Below, piece by piece: positions 62,596 through 64,000 of a stretch of 64,000 nucleotides of DNA. Every line of letters starts with the position of its first letter. Within the stretch, counting starts at the first letter, position 1. Made by a program: the position numbers and the translations under genes. The stretch comes from Sphingopyxis sp. (GTDB lineage Bacteria > Pseudomonadota > Alphaproteobacteria > Sphingomonadales > Sphingomonadaceae): NCBI RefSeq assembly GCF_019459305.1, contig NZ_JAIBES010000072.1:2331-66330 (forward strand). The letters are read 5' to 3'. The notes beneath the pieces were generated by a model. That model saw only the letters and a list, made by a program, of their open reading frames with translations. It was not told the DNA's origin and searched no databases.

Positions 62596-62754
62596 AGGAC
62601 ACAGATGATGGCGATCCGGACCAATTTGTTGCAGCGAAACGGGATTTCCGGCGTTGCTCTGATGAAAACCGGCGGGTCGAGGGACGAATTAACGCCATGA
62701 CGTCATCTGCCGCCCTGCGATCTTGCGATAATTCCGGCATCTCGCGACCCCGTT

Positions 62755-64000
62755 GTGACTGAAGCCGAGAATACACCGCGGCGCAAATGGCGTCACCGGA
62801 CGGTGCTGTTCAAAAAGCGCTGGATGACCGCGGGCGCGGTCATCGTGGTCATTGCAGGAGTGTGGGTGGCGCGCGAGCCGATTGCCGACCGGTTTATCAG
62901 CGACGAACTCGGCAGCCGCGGCGTACCGGCGCAATATCAGATCGATTCGATAGGATTCCGCAGCGAGCGGCTGTCGGATGTGGTGATCGGCGATCCCAAA
63001 AACCCCGATCTGACCGCGAAGAGGGTCGAGGTGCTGCTGGGCTATGGCTGGTCCGGCCCCTACGTCACCGAAATCCGCGCCGAGGGCGTCCGGCTCTACG
63101 GCCGCTTCATCAATGATCGCCTGTCGTTCGGGGCGCTCGACAAGTTTCGCGATCCGACCAGCACCGATCCTTTCGCCTTGCCTGATCTGACCGTGGTGTT
63201 GCGTGATGCGCTGGCGCGCGTTGAAACGCCGTGGGGCAATGTTGGCGCTGCGCTAAGCGGGGGCGGCAATTTGCGCCGCGATTTCACCGGCAAGCTTGCG
63301 CTGGTCGCACCCGGCGTCACCGCAGCCGGGTGCAGCGGGCGCGATGTCAGTTTCTACGGCACCTTGCTTGTGCGCGATGTTCGTCCGCAGCTCGTCGGCC
63401 CCTTGCGCGGACGCAGCATTTCGTGTGCCGATGGCGAAGTGACCGCAGCTTCGCCGCAGATCGCGCTGGATCTGTCGCTGACGGAGGATTTGCAAAGCTG
63501 GAAGGGCGAGGCTGACGCCAGCGTTGCGTCGCTCGTCGCGGGGACAGTCCGGGCCGACCGCTTGGGCTTGCTGGCCAAGTTTGAGGGCACGGCAGCCGCG
63601 ACAAGAATCGACGTGGACGCCGATACGGCGCGGGTCCGCGGGGCCGACTTTGCAGCCGGGACGGTGAGCATTGATGCCCGCGGCGTGGTCGGCAGCGCCG
63701 CGCCGAAGCTCGACGGCCAGATCAGATTTGCGCGAGCCAGCGGCAGCGCGGCGATGCGGCGCGCGCTGATGACCAGCGTCGGCAGTCTTGCCGAAACCCC
63801 GCTCGGGCCGCTGGCGACCAAAGCCAGCGTAGCGCTCAGCCGCATGTTGGCCGATGTTGGCGGCAGCGCCAATTTCACGTTGGGCGGCGAAGCGGACTTG
63901 GCGCGCATCGATCTGATCGCGCCTCAACTGGCGAGCGCGAGCGGGGCGCGCTTTACCGGTAGCCCGGACAGCCGCATCAGCTATGTTTACGGAGCCGCGG
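62755..64000 (+). CDS. YdbH/AsmA-like large envelope protein (3' end outside window)
   Basis: Frame is open from 62701 to the window end. N-terminal Arg-rich segment plus TM (TAGAVIVVIAGVWVA). Then IADRFISDELGSRGVPAQYQIDSIGFRSERLSDVVIGDP, typical of alphaproteobacterial YdbH-domain proteins. Start (GTG 62755 or ATG 62824) is uncertain. Confidence 0.6.
   Translation, partial: MTEAENTPRRKWRHRTVLFKKRWMTAGAVIVVIAGVWVAREPIADRFISDELGSRGVPAQYQIDSIGFRSERLSDVVIGDPKNPDLTAKRVEVLLGYGWSGPYVTEIRAEGVRLYGRFINDRLSFGALDKFRDPTSTDPFALPDLTVVLRDALARVETPWGNVGAALSGGGNLRRDFTGKLALVAPGVTAAGCSGRDVSFYGTLLVRDVRPQLVGPLRGRSISCADGEVTAASPQIALDLSLTEDLQSWKGEADASVASLVAGTVRADRLGLLAKFEGTAAATRIDVDADTARVRGADFAAGTVSIDARGVVGSAAPKLDGQIRFARASGSAAMRRALMTSVGSLAETPLGPLATKASVALSRMLADVGGSANFTLGGEADLARIDLIAPQLASASGARFTGSPDSRISYVYGAA

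Overview
High-GC chromosomal window, most likely from a Sphingomonadaceae-like alphaproteobacterium (judged from gene content and the GroEL sequence). Both flanks are housekeeping. The left flank holds an EAL phosphodiesterase, a Hanks kinase/FHA/PP2C module, groES-groEL, usg and a CYTH-CHAD gene. The right flank holds acyl-CoA dehydrogenase, uvrD, rsmD, ampG, folC, accD-trpABF, pyrF, purB, a decayed radC and a ydbH-like gene. Between about 16.3 and 44.5 kb lies an accessory block that looks like a decayed integrative or conjugative element. It opens with a frameshifted ArdC-like relic. It ends with an integrase C-terminal relic next to a tRNA-Ala(UGC)-like 3' fragment. The block carries metal-homeostasis and efflux cargo: a ZIP transporter cluster, a decayed GST/chrA locus, a TonB-dependent receptor with DUF2946, a TetR-linked DevBCA-type ABC exporter, a CzcBA-type RND pump with its outer-membrane factor and a two-component system, and a MacAB-type exporter. 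Several genes are visibly inactivated: a GFA gene with an in-frame TGA, radC with a TAG plus a frameshift, and multiply frameshifted chrA, GST and ArdC relics. I saw no CRISPR array, rRNA, intact tRNA or intact IS element. No single obviously new system stands out. The best candidates for follow-up are the orphan kinase/TagH-like FHA/PP2C operon whose kinase ends in a HAMP domain, the ZIP/DUF2202/thioredoxin-membrane cluster with a coupled Cys/His micro-ORF, and the TetR-exporter-DUF2946-receptor array. All family assignments come from motif recognition by eye, not from database searches.
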